DNA of 64,000 nucleotides, from IMG/VR virus record IMGVR_UViG_3300022555_000009. One strand, given 5' to 3'. This DNA comes from a virus. The notes below the pieces were generated by a model. That model worked only from the letters and a program-made list of their open reading frames with translations. It ran no database searches and was not told the origin of the DNA. The position numbers and the translations under genes were made by a program. Positions 54,179-64,000 of this stretch are shown here, piece by piece; position 1 is the stretch's first letter; the number at the start of each line of letters is the position of its first letter.

Positions 54179-55144
54179 ATGATATTATATGATGTGTTAA
54201 TTTTCGACAGTTTAAATTTTCTGTACCGAGTGAGAAGTGATAAGAATGTAGACTGCAGCAATCTTGTGAAGATAAGCAATAAGGTTGTTATGGTTGATCT
54301 CATTAGAGCCTACCTCGATACAGTCTTTTACTTAGAACAAAAATACCTGGCCTCTGATGGTCGGGTATTTTTGTTGTTTGATAATGCCACTAGTAGGGAC
54401 GAACTCAAGAAGATGTTCGCTCCTCTTGCGCCCACTAAGTCAAGAAAAGAAGTAGATAATGCCTACAAGGAAAATAGAATGACGGAGTCGAGAGAGTTTT
54501 ATAATACTCTCGATTTAATCAAATACTATTACATGGTGTCTTCTTCAAAGTATCGTACGGCTCGCATACAGGGACTGGAAGCAGATGACTTAGTTAAGCC
54601 TTGTATTGATTCTATTCCCAATAGTAAAATTTTAATGATTACTAATGACTCTGATTGGGCGAGATACTTAGATAGCAACACCCATTATCTTCCTCACACA
54701 TTCGAGCCTCCTGTAACTGATGTGATGTTTCAAGCTAAGCGAGGGTTCTATCCAACTGAGGAGAAGATTATTTTAGATAAGATTCTTTTCGGTGACTCCG
54801 CTGATAATGTAAAAGAGGTCTTGCCTGAGCTACCGAAGGCTCTGAGAGAACAGATTCGCAGCGATTTCGATTGCATTCAAAATTTTATTCTAAATTATGA
54901 ATTATATACACCGTTAAAAGAATACGTGACCTTAGTGAGAGATAGACTACCAGAATTGCGAATCGCATATCAGATGGTGGCTACAATTCCTGTAAGTGAC
55001 AAGCACTTTTTTTACAGTTGTTCAATAGGCCGGGATTCTAAGGTTCAGCGAACAGCTATAGAATCTGTCTTGAAGATAAACAATGTTAATGTCACATTTG
55101 AGTTCGGCGATATAAAGGTTCCGAGGGTTAATCCAGTTGGGTAA
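54179..55144 (+). CDS. 5'-3' exonuclease / T4 RNase H (FEN family)
   Basis: LIFDS.N, FD, YKENR, EADD, TNDSD, GDSADN. Confidence 0.85.
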   Translation: MILYDVLIFDSLNFLYRVRSDKNVDCSNLVKISNKVVMVDLIRAYLDTVFYLEQKYLASDGRVFLLFDNATSRDELKKMFAPLAPTKSRKEVDNAYKENRMTESREFYNTLDLIKYYYMVSSSKYRTARIQGLEADDLVKPCIDSIPNSKILMITNDSDWARYLDSNTHYLPHTFEPPVTDVMFQAKRGFYPTEEKIILDKILFGDSADNVKEVLPELPKALREQIRSDFDCIQNFILNYELYTPLKEYVTLVRDRLPELRIAYQMVATIPVSDKHFFYSCSIGRDSKVQRTAIESVLKINNVNVTFEFGDIKVPRVNPVG

Positions 55145-56123
55145 GATAGTATGTTTTGGCGATCTTCATCTTAGCGATAATAGACCGTGGTCTTTGGATG
55201 TTGCCAAAGAAATAGTGAAGTATTTATGCTCCCTGGAACATAATAATGAAGATAACACCGGTGTCTTTTTAGGTGACATGACAGAGTCCGTTATCAACTC
55301 GGGTGAGGTAGTACAGCAATTATTAGAGCTCTTAACTTGTTTAAGGCTCAAAGAAACGTATGTTATCATGGGTAACCATGATCTTAAAATGAAGAAAGGT
55401 AAGATGACCTCGCCTCTGTCTTTCCTGAATGAGAAGGGTTTAGTACCTAAGAATATTCACCTTGTTAGAACCATGAGCACTGTGGTACTAGAAGGAATGA
55501 CAGTTCTTATGTTACCACATATTCATAATGACGGCATTCATTCAGTAAAAGATTATGAAGACATTACCGCGTCAGTGCCTGTCGATATTGTCATGGGCCA
55601 TTTTGCGGACGAGTCTGACAAGGCTATGAGGGAAATCCTAGTAAATATTAGCAATATAAATCCTAAGTATAGGTGTTTGGGGCACATACACTCCGCTATA
55701 ACGCCTTCGTACACCGGGTCTTTAGTACCTAACTCTGTGTCCGAGAAAGGTAGAAATCGACATATTAGAATTTATGAGAAAGACAGGGAGCCTATCAATG
55801 AAGCTATACCTGTCATATGTGACTACTATGATGTAGAATATCCTAAAGCACTGCCGAAAGTAGATGCTATTATACCTATATGGACTGTTTATAAATGTAA
55901 GGACCCCTTCATAGCAAGACAAACTTACGGAGATATTTTCATCAGAAAATGTGTATATGATATAGGAATTGATCTCACGAATTTCCATGAGTACTGTTCT
56001 TTAGGAAAATCCACGAATAAGAAAACAGTTAAGGATCTCATAGAATCCTTCCTGGACGAAAATCCCGAGGAAACTCCGGACGAAATAAAAGCAAAAATCC
56101 TGGAGTACTGTCCCACATACTAA
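55137..56123 (+). CDS. Mre11/SbcD-like recombination nuclease (gp47-like)
   Basis: GDLH, LGD, GNHD, GHF, LGHIH, YTGS. Confidence 0.85.
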   Translation: MGKIVCFGDLHLSDNRPWSLDVAKEIVKYLCSLEHNNEDNTGVFLGDMTESVINSGEVVQQLLELLTCLRLKETYVIMGNHDLKMKKGKMTSPLSFLNEKGLVPKNIHLVRTMSTVVLEGMTVLMLPHIHNDGIHSVKDYEDITASVPVDIVMGHFADESDKAMREILVNISNINPKYRCLGHIHSAITPSYTGSLVPNSVSEKGRNRHIRIYEKDREPINEAIPVICDYYDVEYPKALPKVDAIIPIWTVYKCKDPFIARQTYGDIFIRKCVYDIGIDLTNFHEYCSLGKSTNKKTVKDLIESFLDENPEETPDEIKAKILEYCPTY

Positions 56124-56132
56124 CTATGAATA

Positions 56133-57209
56133 ATGGAAATCGTTGCCGATAGATTCTTTGATCAATCTAAATTCGCCAGTACTATTGCCATAGTAAGAAT
56201 GAACCTCGAACAATTCCTCGCAAATAATATCTTGCGAGAGGATGGTTCGAGGATTTTTTATGCATCGAAGTCCTGGGCTTTTCGACAGAGAATCAATCTG
56301 CTGAATATGAACTCTAGTCCTGACTACTCCTCCCTGAATTTTCCTTTTTGTGCTTATTACCGGAATGGTAATTGGACAGTAGGTCCTGAAGTAGCGCCAG
56401 GCGTACCGGCAGCAGATGCTGCTATACTGGGCACAACCGATCTAGGACCTAATGTACGATTCTTCAATGCTCAGTTCCCTTTCAGCGTCGTCTTCTTTTT
56501 TAACAGAGAAGACGACGCTCAATTAGCCTACGAGGCCTTAATGTGGATTAAGCATCCTAGGCCTATTCAAACAACAGCCCCTGGCTTGGTGTATAAGGAC
56601 ACAGCTATTGATATACCTATACGATATAAGATAGAAGATATTCAATTTGCTCCCGAGTATAAAGAAAAAAATTGGCTGGAAATGAATCGCGTATTCCCTA
56701 TTGAGGTCTCCTTGAAGGTAGACTCAGTAATAATACGAGCTCAGCCTCAGACTCCGAATGCTTTATATCCTACAGACGACGATACTATTTACATTACGAA
56801 GAAGGTCATTTTAGATTTCTTGTCCTTCAAAAACGATATGCTAGTGGATTCGGATGGGGTACAAGAGATTCTTTTGGGCTCTTTCATTCCAGACCCCGAT
56901 TTAAATGGAACCTTCACAGCAGGAGTCTCAACAGACACAAGCGTAACTCTACATTGGACCTATAATCCTCTGTGTACGGCCCTGTATGAGCCGAATGTGA
57001 CTATTCTTTGCAATAATGGTACTTCTGTGCAAGTTCCAAAGACAGCGCTGACTGCAACCATAAGTGGATTGAATTTAGGCTCCACATATACATTTAAAAT
57101 TCAATTTTTTGCTTTATCAGGAGCCATAAATCAATACTCAGTAACTGCGCTCACAACTGGTAGTCAATCCAATCTCAATCTCAAGGGAATGATAGGATAC
57201 ACCTGGTAA
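56133..57209 (+). CDS. Tail terminator/completion-like protein with C-terminal FN3-like domain
   Basis: Directly upstream of the sheath; SVTLHW..ATISGLNLGSTYTFKI FN3 signature. Confidence 0.55.
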   Translation: MEIVADRFFDQSKFASTIAIVRMNLEQFLANNILREDGSRIFYASKSWAFRQRINLLNMNSSPDYSSLNFPFCAYYRNGNWTVGPEVAPGVPAADAAILGTTDLGPNVRFFNAQFPFSVVFFFNREDDAQLAYEALMWIKHPRPIQTTAPGLVYKDTAIDIPIRYKIEDIQFAPEYKEKNWLEMNRVFPIEVSLKVDSVIIRAQPQTPNALYPTDDDTIYITKKVILDFLSFKNDMLVDSDGVQEILLGSFIPDPDLNGTFTAGVSTDTSVTLHWTYNPLCTALYEPNVTILCNNGTSVQVPKTALTATISGLNLGSTYTFKIQFFALSGAINQYSVTALTTGSQSNLNLKGMIGYTW

Positions 57210-57264
57210 TAGCCAGAAGACTAATTAGATATGGTGTTATTTACTATAATAGAGAGGCTGCAAG

Positions 57265-59400
57265 GTGGAAAGTAATAGACTTATATTCACTACAGTTGAT
57301 ACAAGTGTATCAACGACCCAGAGTTCTAATAAAACGGGGTTGACAGTAGTTAAAGCTCCCAAGGGAACCTCGACTCCTATATTCTTTTCGAAGAATTCGT
57401 CTGACGCAATACAGTCAGTGATTGGATCCCCTTCTTCTACGTACCCGGGCATAAGAGAAGCCATAGAATTCAATCAAAATTATGGCTTATGGATTTCTGC
57501 TCCTGAAGGGGCAAAGACAAGTTACTCAAATTACTACGGCGGCGTTTATTTTATCGCTCCTGGAATTATTAAGCCCTTCTACCAGGTGACGGATCCTACA
57601 ACTCCGAATTTCTTGACTGAGGCTTTTTGTGCAGGAACCTCCCTTTTAGAGTCTACATACAATGGCTCCGGCGTTATCACATCAACTGCTCAAGCTACTG
57701 TGACAGGAGCTTCTCCTAACACAGTAATTACTACCAGCAATGTGCCCACAGCCTACTTCACAAAGTATACTCCTCTTTACGTCAATCTTTATTATCCAGG
57801 GAACGGAACAACAGTTCCCTCCGCGGGAAGAGTTTCTTTGAAATGCGTAGCCAATGGGCCGGACTGGATTCTTAAGACTCCAACAAACAATATCGTAGTC
57901 GGATCCATTACAACAAGCACAGCAACTATTCAGATAACCGGCACTACTACAAACCAGTCAGACCCTGAGGTTATGGTGGTTGGGTGGAATTTTAATGCTG
58001 CCTTAAATACTTATATCAAGTCAGGCACGGGAGGAGCTTTCACAGACAAGCTCTCCGGAGTCCCCGGAGCCACACTCAGCTGGGTACTACAAACTCAAAC
58101 TGATACTCTGATGACCTTGTATCAGACTTCCCCCAGATCAAATGTTACCACTTTAACAGTAACCGATGTAAATGTTTTAGTGTCGCCTAATAACTTATTG
58201 TTTAACTCCGTAACATTCTCCATGTCAGAGACGGCTTACAGTAATGTCATAAGGACACAAACTTTCACAGTAAGCCCAGACGTAAATGCGGTAGATGGTT
58301 ACAACTCTTCATTGTATGTAGAAAACGTTCTATCAGGAAACTACTTCATTAACGGACTGTCTTACGGTAACTTCACAAGGACCTCAGGTTCCAGCCCAGG
58401 ATATGATCCCTGGGAGCTTATTAACGGCTTGACAGGAGCTACTCCATTCATTATAAGCCCCTATGGTTCACGGGTAATGGACGCCATAGTCTCAACAAAT
58501 GATAGCGCAAGCCTAATAACGTCTCTTCTATCCGGCTGGACAGCTAGCTCTACTAGCTTATTCTCTGACGTATCGATATTCTTTAATCCAGAGTTGACAA
58601 TGGGTGATTTCCAGATTGCTACGCAAATGGGAAATATGAGAACATCTACGTTCAAGAGAGCAACCTATATAGCAGGCTTGCGAGTAGCTGCTTCAGACGC
58701 CATTACTGCTATGAGTCAGTACGTAACGGCAAGATCATCTCTACCTAAGATAACTGGCTTGGCATTCTACATCAATGAGTTCCTGGTTCAGACAGGAAGC
58801 ACGAAGTTCTGGACAGTACCTATTGGTTCCGTAGCTACAATGCTTTGTCAGATTATGGACATCAAGAGAGGCGGCGCTGCTCCCATGTGGGTCAACACCT
58901 CCGACGGATTAGGCGGCCAGATTAATACTTCAGTGTTGAAGGCAAAATACGACTTTACAGCCGATCAGCTAGACACTTTAGATTTAACTCTAGGACTTAA
59001 TCCTATCATTAAGGATAACACATACGGTTTGATGATCACTAGTCAGCGAACCGCACAAGATCCTCTAATGTTGACGGATTGGTCTAAGCTAGGTCATCAG
59101 ATGTCCTTCGATCTCTTCATGAAGGACGTCAAGACAAATGTTATGACGCCTCAGATCGGCAAGCCTATCAACGCGGATTACATGCGCTTGAGGAAACGAC
59201 AAACTCAAGATATTCTTTCTCTAAGATTATCAGGGCCTACAGCAATATGGGATTCTGGCAAGGTACTTGTTGAGGAAGTCAATACTGATATAACAAGGGC
59301 AGCTAATACGTTCGTTATTAAGGTTCGGGTAAAAGTAAATCCATTTGCCGAGTACGTTGAATTAATTTTTCAAAATGTAAGTCAGTCGGATACGGTGTAA
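57265..59400 (+). CDS. Contractile tail sheath protein
   Basis: VKAPKG, APMW..GG, GLNPI..GLMITSQRT, VKVNP..EYVEL C-terminal sheath pattern. Confidence 0.85.
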   Translation: MESNRLIFTTVDTSVSTTQSSNKTGLTVVKAPKGTSTPIFFSKNSSDAIQSVIGSPSSTYPGIREAIEFNQNYGLWISAPEGAKTSYSNYYGGVYFIAPGIIKPFYQVTDPTTPNFLTEAFCAGTSLLESTYNGSGVITSTAQATVTGASPNTVITTSNVPTAYFTKYTPLYVNLYYPGNGTTVPSAGRVSLKCVANGPDWILKTPTNNIVVGSITTSTATIQITGTTTNQSDPEVMVVGWNFNAALNTYIKSGTGGAFTDKLSGVPGATLSWVLQTQTDTLMTLYQTSPRSNVTTLTVTDVNVLVSPNNLLFNSVTFSMSETAYSNVIRTQTFTVSPDVNAVDGYNSSLYVENVLSGNYFINGLSYGNFTRTSGSSPGYDPWELINGLTGATPFIISPYGSRVMDAIVSTNDSASLITSLLSGWTASSTSLFSDVSIFFNPELTMGDFQIATQMGNMRTSTFKRATYIAGLRVAASDAITAMSQYVTARSSLPKITGLAFYINEFLVQTGSTKFWTVPIGSVATMLCQIMDIKRGGAAPMWVNTSDGLGGQINTSVLKAKYDFTADQLDTLDLTLGLNPIIKDNTYGLMITSQRTAQDPLMLTDWSKLGHQMSFDLFMKDVKTNVMTPQIGKPINADYMRLRKRQTQDILSLRLSGPTAIWDSGKVLVEEVNTDITRAANTFVIKVRVKVNPFAEYVELIFQNVSQSDTV

Positions 59401-59413
59401 GGAGTTTTAGAAA

Positions 59414-60079
59414 ATGGGTACAGGAATGATAACAACGCTCCTAAGTTCCGGAGCTGATACTTTTACTAATCTGTTTGATGTTGAGGTAACCTTCCCTACC
59501 TTCTTAGCGGACGATCCTATTATTATAGGGAATACGACGAATGCCATCACAATGTCTGTCAGGGCCCAGGGATTTACTCCTCCAACGGGATTTACGGTAC
59601 CGGAATATGAAGTCAAGTATAAAGCAGTAACTATAAAAAAGCCCGGCGCGACCATACAAGGCGACAGAACATTTTCTTTAAAATTCAGGGCCAACGCGAC
59701 TCTGGGGCTATACGATTCTTTCATGAAATGGAAACATTTATTAGTTGATCCTTCGGGCGAAAGCAATCTAGCTTTAAATATTTTTTATACCAATCAATCC
59801 GGCGATGCTCGGGGGGGGAAGTACGTAGGTCACGTAGAAGTCAAAGCTCTTTTTCCAGATGACACTGCTTTTACAAGTGATCCTAATACCAGTGATTCCT
59901 GGATCTTTAGTAAAGTTCTTGTTTTAGATGTTACCTTAGATCCCTTCTCCAGGGATGGAGGAAATACGCCTCAAACTTTTGATGTTAAATTTATGTATGT
60001 GTATATGTCTGAGCCTGGGCATAATCCCGATGTTAATGTAGATGATACCGTAGTTCCGGTCGTAGCTCTGAACTCCTAA
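59414..60079 (+). CDS. Tail tube protein
   Basis: Follows the sheath; NLFDV, P...V.Y...KKPG, terminal F.VKF.Y. Confidence 0.75.
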   Translation: MGTGMITTLLSSGADTFTNLFDVEVTFPTFLADDPIIIGNTTNAITMSVRAQGFTPPTGFTVPEYEVKYKAVTIKKPGATIQGDRTFSLKFRANATLGLYDSFMKWKHLLVDPSGESNLALNIFYTNQSGDARGGKYVGHVEVKALFPDDTAFTSDPNTSDSWIFSKVLVLDVTLDPFSRDGGNTPQTFDVKFMYVYMSEPGHNPDVNVDDTVVPVVALNS

Positions 60080-60098
60080 TTAGAAACTTTTAAAAGTA

Positions 60099-60134
60099 AA
60101 TAACCCGAAGATGAATTTCTTCGGGTTATTTTTT
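60099..60134 (+). terminator. Intrinsic terminator
   Basis: aataacccgaaga...tcttcgggttattttt. Confidence 0.8.
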
Positions 60135-60146
60135 GACTAATTAACT

Positions 60147-60677
60147 ATGGCGATAGCAGCTCTCAAAAACGAAACTTATAGTGTGGTAGGTAAGCTATCC
60201 ACACTTATGTCCTGGAAGCCATCCTGGTCTAATTTATTTACGGTAGATATAGATCCAAATAATACTGGCATAGCGGGGCTCCTAGTAAAGTCTATAGATT
60301 TTGGTGGATACTCCTTGGAATGGGAGTACAATCAGGCGATGAGAAAACATGCTTTGAAGCTAGCAAAGTATGACACTGAAGCTACTATGACGATACGAGA
60401 AACAGACGTATATGACGTCAAAAAATACTTCTATGATTGGTTTAGTCTTTTTTGGAACAATGGAATTTATCAGGCAGGAGATTCGGGGCCTTTAAAAAAG
60501 AAAAGAGACATAGAGATATATACTCCTAAAGGTGGAGTCTACGTCGCTTTCGCGAAATTGAATGGCTGTGTAATGACAAAGCAGCCAACACCGAAATTTT
60601 CCTGGGACAGCTCGGCTCCTATTGAATATACAATCTCTTTAAAAGTAGATTCTCAAACTTGGGAAACTTTAGCATGA
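60147..60677 (+). CDS. Tube-like baseplate/tail initiator protein
   Basis: Tube-fold pattern; ACTAATTAACTATG start context. Confidence 0.55.
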   Translation: MAIAALKNETYSVVGKLSTLMSWKPSWSNLFTVDIDPNNTGIAGLLVKSIDFGGYSLEWEYNQAMRKHALKLAKYDTEATMTIRETDVYDVKKYFYDWFSLFWNNGIYQAGDSGPLKKKRDIEIYTPKGGVYVAFAKLNGCVMTKQPTPKFSWDSSAPIEYTISLKVDSQTWETLA

Positions 60678-61087
60678 TATATACTTATTTAAATACTCTT
60701 GTAGATTATGGAGATATCCATTACAAAGGGTATCTGACAACAGGTGGCACAACTCCCGATGGCCAACCATTCTTTCTTCAGCAAGAAGATGCAATTAATA
60801 ACGCACTCAAGTTATACCTACTGAGCAAAAAAGGGGATTACGGTAGGTATGTGTCTAAAGGCGGCCCTCTCTTCGAGATCTTAAATTCTCCAGCAGACTT
60901 AAACACACAGGCTAAAATCAAAGAAGTTATTATAAAATCTTTGGCAATATACTCCAATATTCAAGTACAAGATGTCATTGTGACTACGGATGTCACTGGT
61001 GAAAAATGGAAAATTAAGGTTCAGTATATAGACCTTTATCATAAGATGACATCATCCACTTCGATTACCCTAGTACAGAGGACTTAA
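60674..61087 (+). CDS. gp25-like baseplate wedge protein (start ATG 60674)
   Basis: DAINNALKLYLLSKKGD..GG.L..L. Confidence 0.7.
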   Translation: MIYTYLNTLVDYGDIHYKGYLTTGGTTPDGQPFFLQQEDAINNALKLYLLSKKGDYGRYVSKGGPLFEILNSPADLNTQAKIKEVIIKSLAIYSNIQVQDVIVTTDVTGEKWKIKVQYIDLYHKMTSSTSITLVQRT

Positions 61088-61090
61088 ATA

Positions 61091-63205
61091 ATGAAGCAAT
61101 TTGATCAAGCCAGCATTCAAACCAGACTTGAAACCTTTCTTAAAGCACAGCCCGGATTTGCCCAGGTACTGAAGGACTCTGCAGTAGAAAGTGTTCTTTA
61201 CTCCGTATCGGAGTCCGAGGCAGAACTAGCCCGTTACTTTGAGTACCTTTTTCAAGAATCGAAGTGGGAAACCGCTCAGAATGTATCCTCACTTATTTCT
61301 GCAGGTAAATTCCTAGGATACTCTCCTAAACGTCAGATAAGTGCTATGGGAAATATTTATATATCCCATGATTCCTTATTGAGCCAAGCGGGAACCTCTC
61401 TCATATTTGATTCTTCTGATCTTGCAAATGCAGGCTTATCTTCTTACCCCAATACAAGCTTTCTTATTCCCGCTCTAACAGCCGTAGTGTCATCCACAGG
61501 AATCCAATTCGTAACAATGTCTGACACCACGTATTATGGGCCAAATGACTTGTCTGGAAACGCAGCCTCAAAGTACGTAGAAGTACCAGTCATACAAGGT
61601 ATCATACGAACTTTCAGGACCACATCTGGAGCAACTAGCACTGCATTTGAATCTATTAAGATTCCTAATCCCGGGATCGAGGCCGCATACACTTCCCTAT
61701 CATCTCCGTTTTTTCAGGTGACCATATATCCCTCAGGAAACTCCAATCTAAATTATGCCTTGACCGAAGCTGCTGGAGATGTGGTCAGATACTCTGATAT
61801 TAGACTGGCATCCGAAACAGAGTATGCCTACGACATTACTACCTTAGACGATTACTCCGGAGTCATTATTCGATTCGGCGACGGGAATTCTGGTAGACTT
61901 CTGCCTCCAGGAGCTCTAGTAGCTGTTCGCTACTTGGAAACTTTAGGAACTAGTGGAAATCTTAATCAGAGATACTCCACAACGAGATTCGTAGTGCCCC
62001 TCTCCTCCACTCAAACTTTCTATGTTACCAATCTAGATCCTATTTTAGGTGGATTAGGTAATGAGGGCATTGAAGAAATAAGAGTCAACGCTCCTAACGA
62101 GTATCTCATAGGTGGAAGCGTCATTACTACTGCTGACTACAAAGCCACCTTGAAACAAATTCCTAATATCCTAAAATCAAATGCTTACGCAGGAGATTAT
62201 ACGGGGTCTGATAGTATAACTAGAAGAGTTATCTACTTGACAGCTTTGGATTCCACACAGAATATTCCAGACGCAGCTACGTTAAATCAGAATATTTTAA
62301 ATATTATTCTCGATAATAAATCTCCTTTGGATTTACTACAAGTTATAGACCCCAGTATCATAGAGTTAAAGCTACAAGCCAAAATAACATCTTCTGCTGA
62401 TCAAGCATCCTTTTCTAATTTAGCAACAACTTTGGAAACAAGCACACTTAATTCCTTCGGAGTTCCTGCCTTTGATTTCACAAAGAGCTTCTATTCCTCT
62501 GATTTTATTACCTTGTTGAAGAACAATAAGACAGTACAGCAAGTATCACCCCTCCTCGAATCCGTTATAAATATCAAACCCAGTACCTTCCTTTCATCAG
62601 GAACTCACCCAGGATACTACTTCACTAACTTCACTTTTAATCCTATTCTGAGTCCTTTGTTAGATTTAAGTGGAACACGAAGCGACGGATACTGTTTAAA
62701 AATTAATATAATCTTTAATTGCGTAGCCTGCGAAGGTAGTAGTAGAACTTTAATGGTTAGACAGGATCCGCTGCATCCTGGAGTTCCCATAGATATGCAA
62801 GCTTATTCTGCAGGAACTCATGGAGGACTCGTCCTTAAACAGTACGCGCACATCTCAAGTATAACAGACCAGAGTTTCATAACAAATTCAATTGACACTT
62901 CAATAGTCCCTGAAATATTGTCATCTGCAGGCGCAACATACATTCCATTCCTTCTAGACTTTACTTACTCCAATTTATCTAATTCTAGTAACTTAGGGCA
63001 TGGAACTTTATACATTCCTCTCTACAAGAGCGACGGCACTTTGTATGCCGGCTTCACTTCTTTAGATTCTGTAACCTTGGATGAAACCATAACAGTGGAA
63101 ATCATAGCTCAGCCAAGCTCAGCAAATATTACGCCTCAGAATGAAAATGAATTTATAAAAGTAGGAACAAATGACGTTAGCGTTGAGGTGTATACAACAC
63201 TATGA
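61091..63205 (+). CDS. Baseplate wedge subunit (gp6/J-like)
   Basis: ETAQ..SL...LGY.P, IRFGDG..G..P, YL.T.G..GN, GG...EGIEEIR..AP, VIT..DY. Confidence 0.85.
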   Translation: MKQFDQASIQTRLETFLKAQPGFAQVLKDSAVESVLYSVSESEAELARYFEYLFQESKWETAQNVSSLISAGKFLGYSPKRQISAMGNIYISHDSLLSQAGTSLIFDSSDLANAGLSSYPNTSFLIPALTAVVSSTGIQFVTMSDTTYYGPNDLSGNAASKYVEVPVIQGIIRTFRTTSGATSTAFESIKIPNPGIEAAYTSLSSPFFQVTIYPSGNSNLNYALTEAAGDVVRYSDIRLASETEYAYDITTLDDYSGVIIRFGDGNSGRLLPPGALVAVRYLETLGTSGNLNQRYSTTRFVVPLSSTQTFYVTNLDPILGGLGNEGIEEIRVNAPNEYLIGGSVITTADYKATLKQIPNILKSNAYAGDYTGSDSITRRVIYLTALDSTQNIPDAATLNQNILNIILDNKSPLDLLQVIDPSIIELKLQAKITSSADQASFSNLATTLETSTLNSFGVPAFDFTKSFYSSDFITLLKNNKTVQQVSPLLESVINIKPSTFLSSGTHPGYYFTNFTFNPILSPLLDLSGTRSDGYCLKINIIFNCVACEGSSRTLMVRQDPLHPGVPIDMQAYSAGTHGGLVLKQYAHISSITDQSFITNSIDTSIVPEILSSAGATYIPFLLDFTYSNLSNSSNLGHGTLYIPLYKSDGTLYAGFTSLDSVTLDETITVEIIAQPSSANITPQNENEFIKVGTNDVSVEVYTTL

Positions 63206-64000
63206 GTAATTACGTTTGGTTAGAACCTAATAGTCTTTACGTCCCTGTAATCTCCGGTAGCGTTAATATTGCTAACACGTCTAGCATTGCCTGGACCCTA
63301 ACTCTTACTATGGCCAACGCAACTGTTTATAATTTAGGCATTGCTGCTGCCTCTACTGGAGCCGGTATTGTATCTCAAATAAATAGCGCTCTAAGTGGAG
63401 CTTTATTAAATAAGTATATTGCGGCCTCTCTTACTGCAACAACTAATCATTTAACTTTTACAGGGACTACCTTAGGTTTAGTAGATAGTATTTATGGCTA
63501 TGACCCGGTGACTACAATATCCACTGGTATAACTTTAACGGGAACAAACTTAAGTGCTTTGATGGATAATACTCCTGGTCCGTGGTTGTTATATGGTATT
63601 GCTACAGCTACGGATATAGAATTGTACTCCGTAGATGTCGTGGATGATAACACAAGGAACTTTACGACAGGCTTCGAATTCTACCCCACTATAAAAGGAC
63701 CCGTCGAGAATCTGCACTCAATAATGCAAACTACGTTTTATAAACAATTGATGGATTCTTTTAGAGAAGAATATCAGACATTCATAGATTATGTTCAACA
63801 ATTGGGATCTTTATTTAAATTAGAGAACTTCCTGGGCGACTTAAATGAATTCAATTCTCGAACAGGAAATATATCAAATTATATGGCTTTCGAAGTTCCG
63901 CTAGCTTTAAAAAATTACTTCCTTGATATAACTAGAGGTAATAATTGGGTAAGAGGTATCTTAGAATCTTTAGGCAAGCAAAGACAATGGGCCGGAAGTT
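63202..64000 (+). CDS. Baseplate/tail protein, runs off the window end
   Basis: ATGA-coupled to the gp6-like gene; open to the end of the window. Confidence 0.6.
   Translation, partial: MSNYVWLEPNSLYVPVISGSVNIANTSSIAWTLTLTMANATVYNLGIAAASTGAGIVSQINSALSGALLNKYIAASLTATTNHLTFTGTTLGLVDSIYGYDPVTTISTGITLTGTNLSALMDNTPGPWLLYGIATATDIELYSVDVVDDNTRNFTTGFEFYPTIKGPVENLHSIMQTTFYKQLMDSFREEYQTFIDYVQQLGSLFKLENFLGDLNEFNSRTGNISNYMAFEVPLALKNYFLDITRGNNWVRGILESLGKQRQWAGS

Noticed and set aside
1-64000. Genome-wide TAG reassignment (code 15)
   Set aside because: TerL, polyprotein, sheath and baseplate ORFs are uninterrupted under code 11, and TAG ends several genes at natural boundaries.

Overview
This window is a 64-kb segment of a large lytic, T4-like myophage genome. 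It carries rIIA/rIIB, a terminase large subunit with two class-3-type LAGLIDADG inteins, a scaffold-like protein, and tail sheath, tube and baseplate genes. Replication genes include a primase, a 5'-3' exonuclease, a Mre11/gp47 nuclease, a clamp-like protein and two sigma-like factors. Nucleotide-metabolism genes include Nudix, NT5C, QueD, dUTPase and class II RNR. A receiver-domain protein resembling those of free-living spirochaetes hints at the host (inference only). The most unusual elements are: (1) an ORF-free ~780-nt locus (11980-12757) of long GU-rich stems, kissing-loop complementarities and two tRNA-like folds with aberrant anticodon arms; (2) a 1746-aa late polyprotein whose enzyme domains are separated by prohead-protease-like hydrophobic-X-E sites; (3) three fractured enzymes, namely NrdJ split by a naturally split intein at its catalytic Cys, a family A polymerase ending after motif A in an intein-like remnant, and an AAA+ ATPase split over two genes; (4) an amber (CUA) tRNA next to a Pth2 gene, plus several non-canonical tRNA-like RNAs; (5) two recurrent promoter motifs, TTGCCA-N19/20-TATATT and ACTAA(T/C)TA; (6) a fully nested spanin-like ORF pair. 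All calls come from motif reading by eye; no database searches were run.
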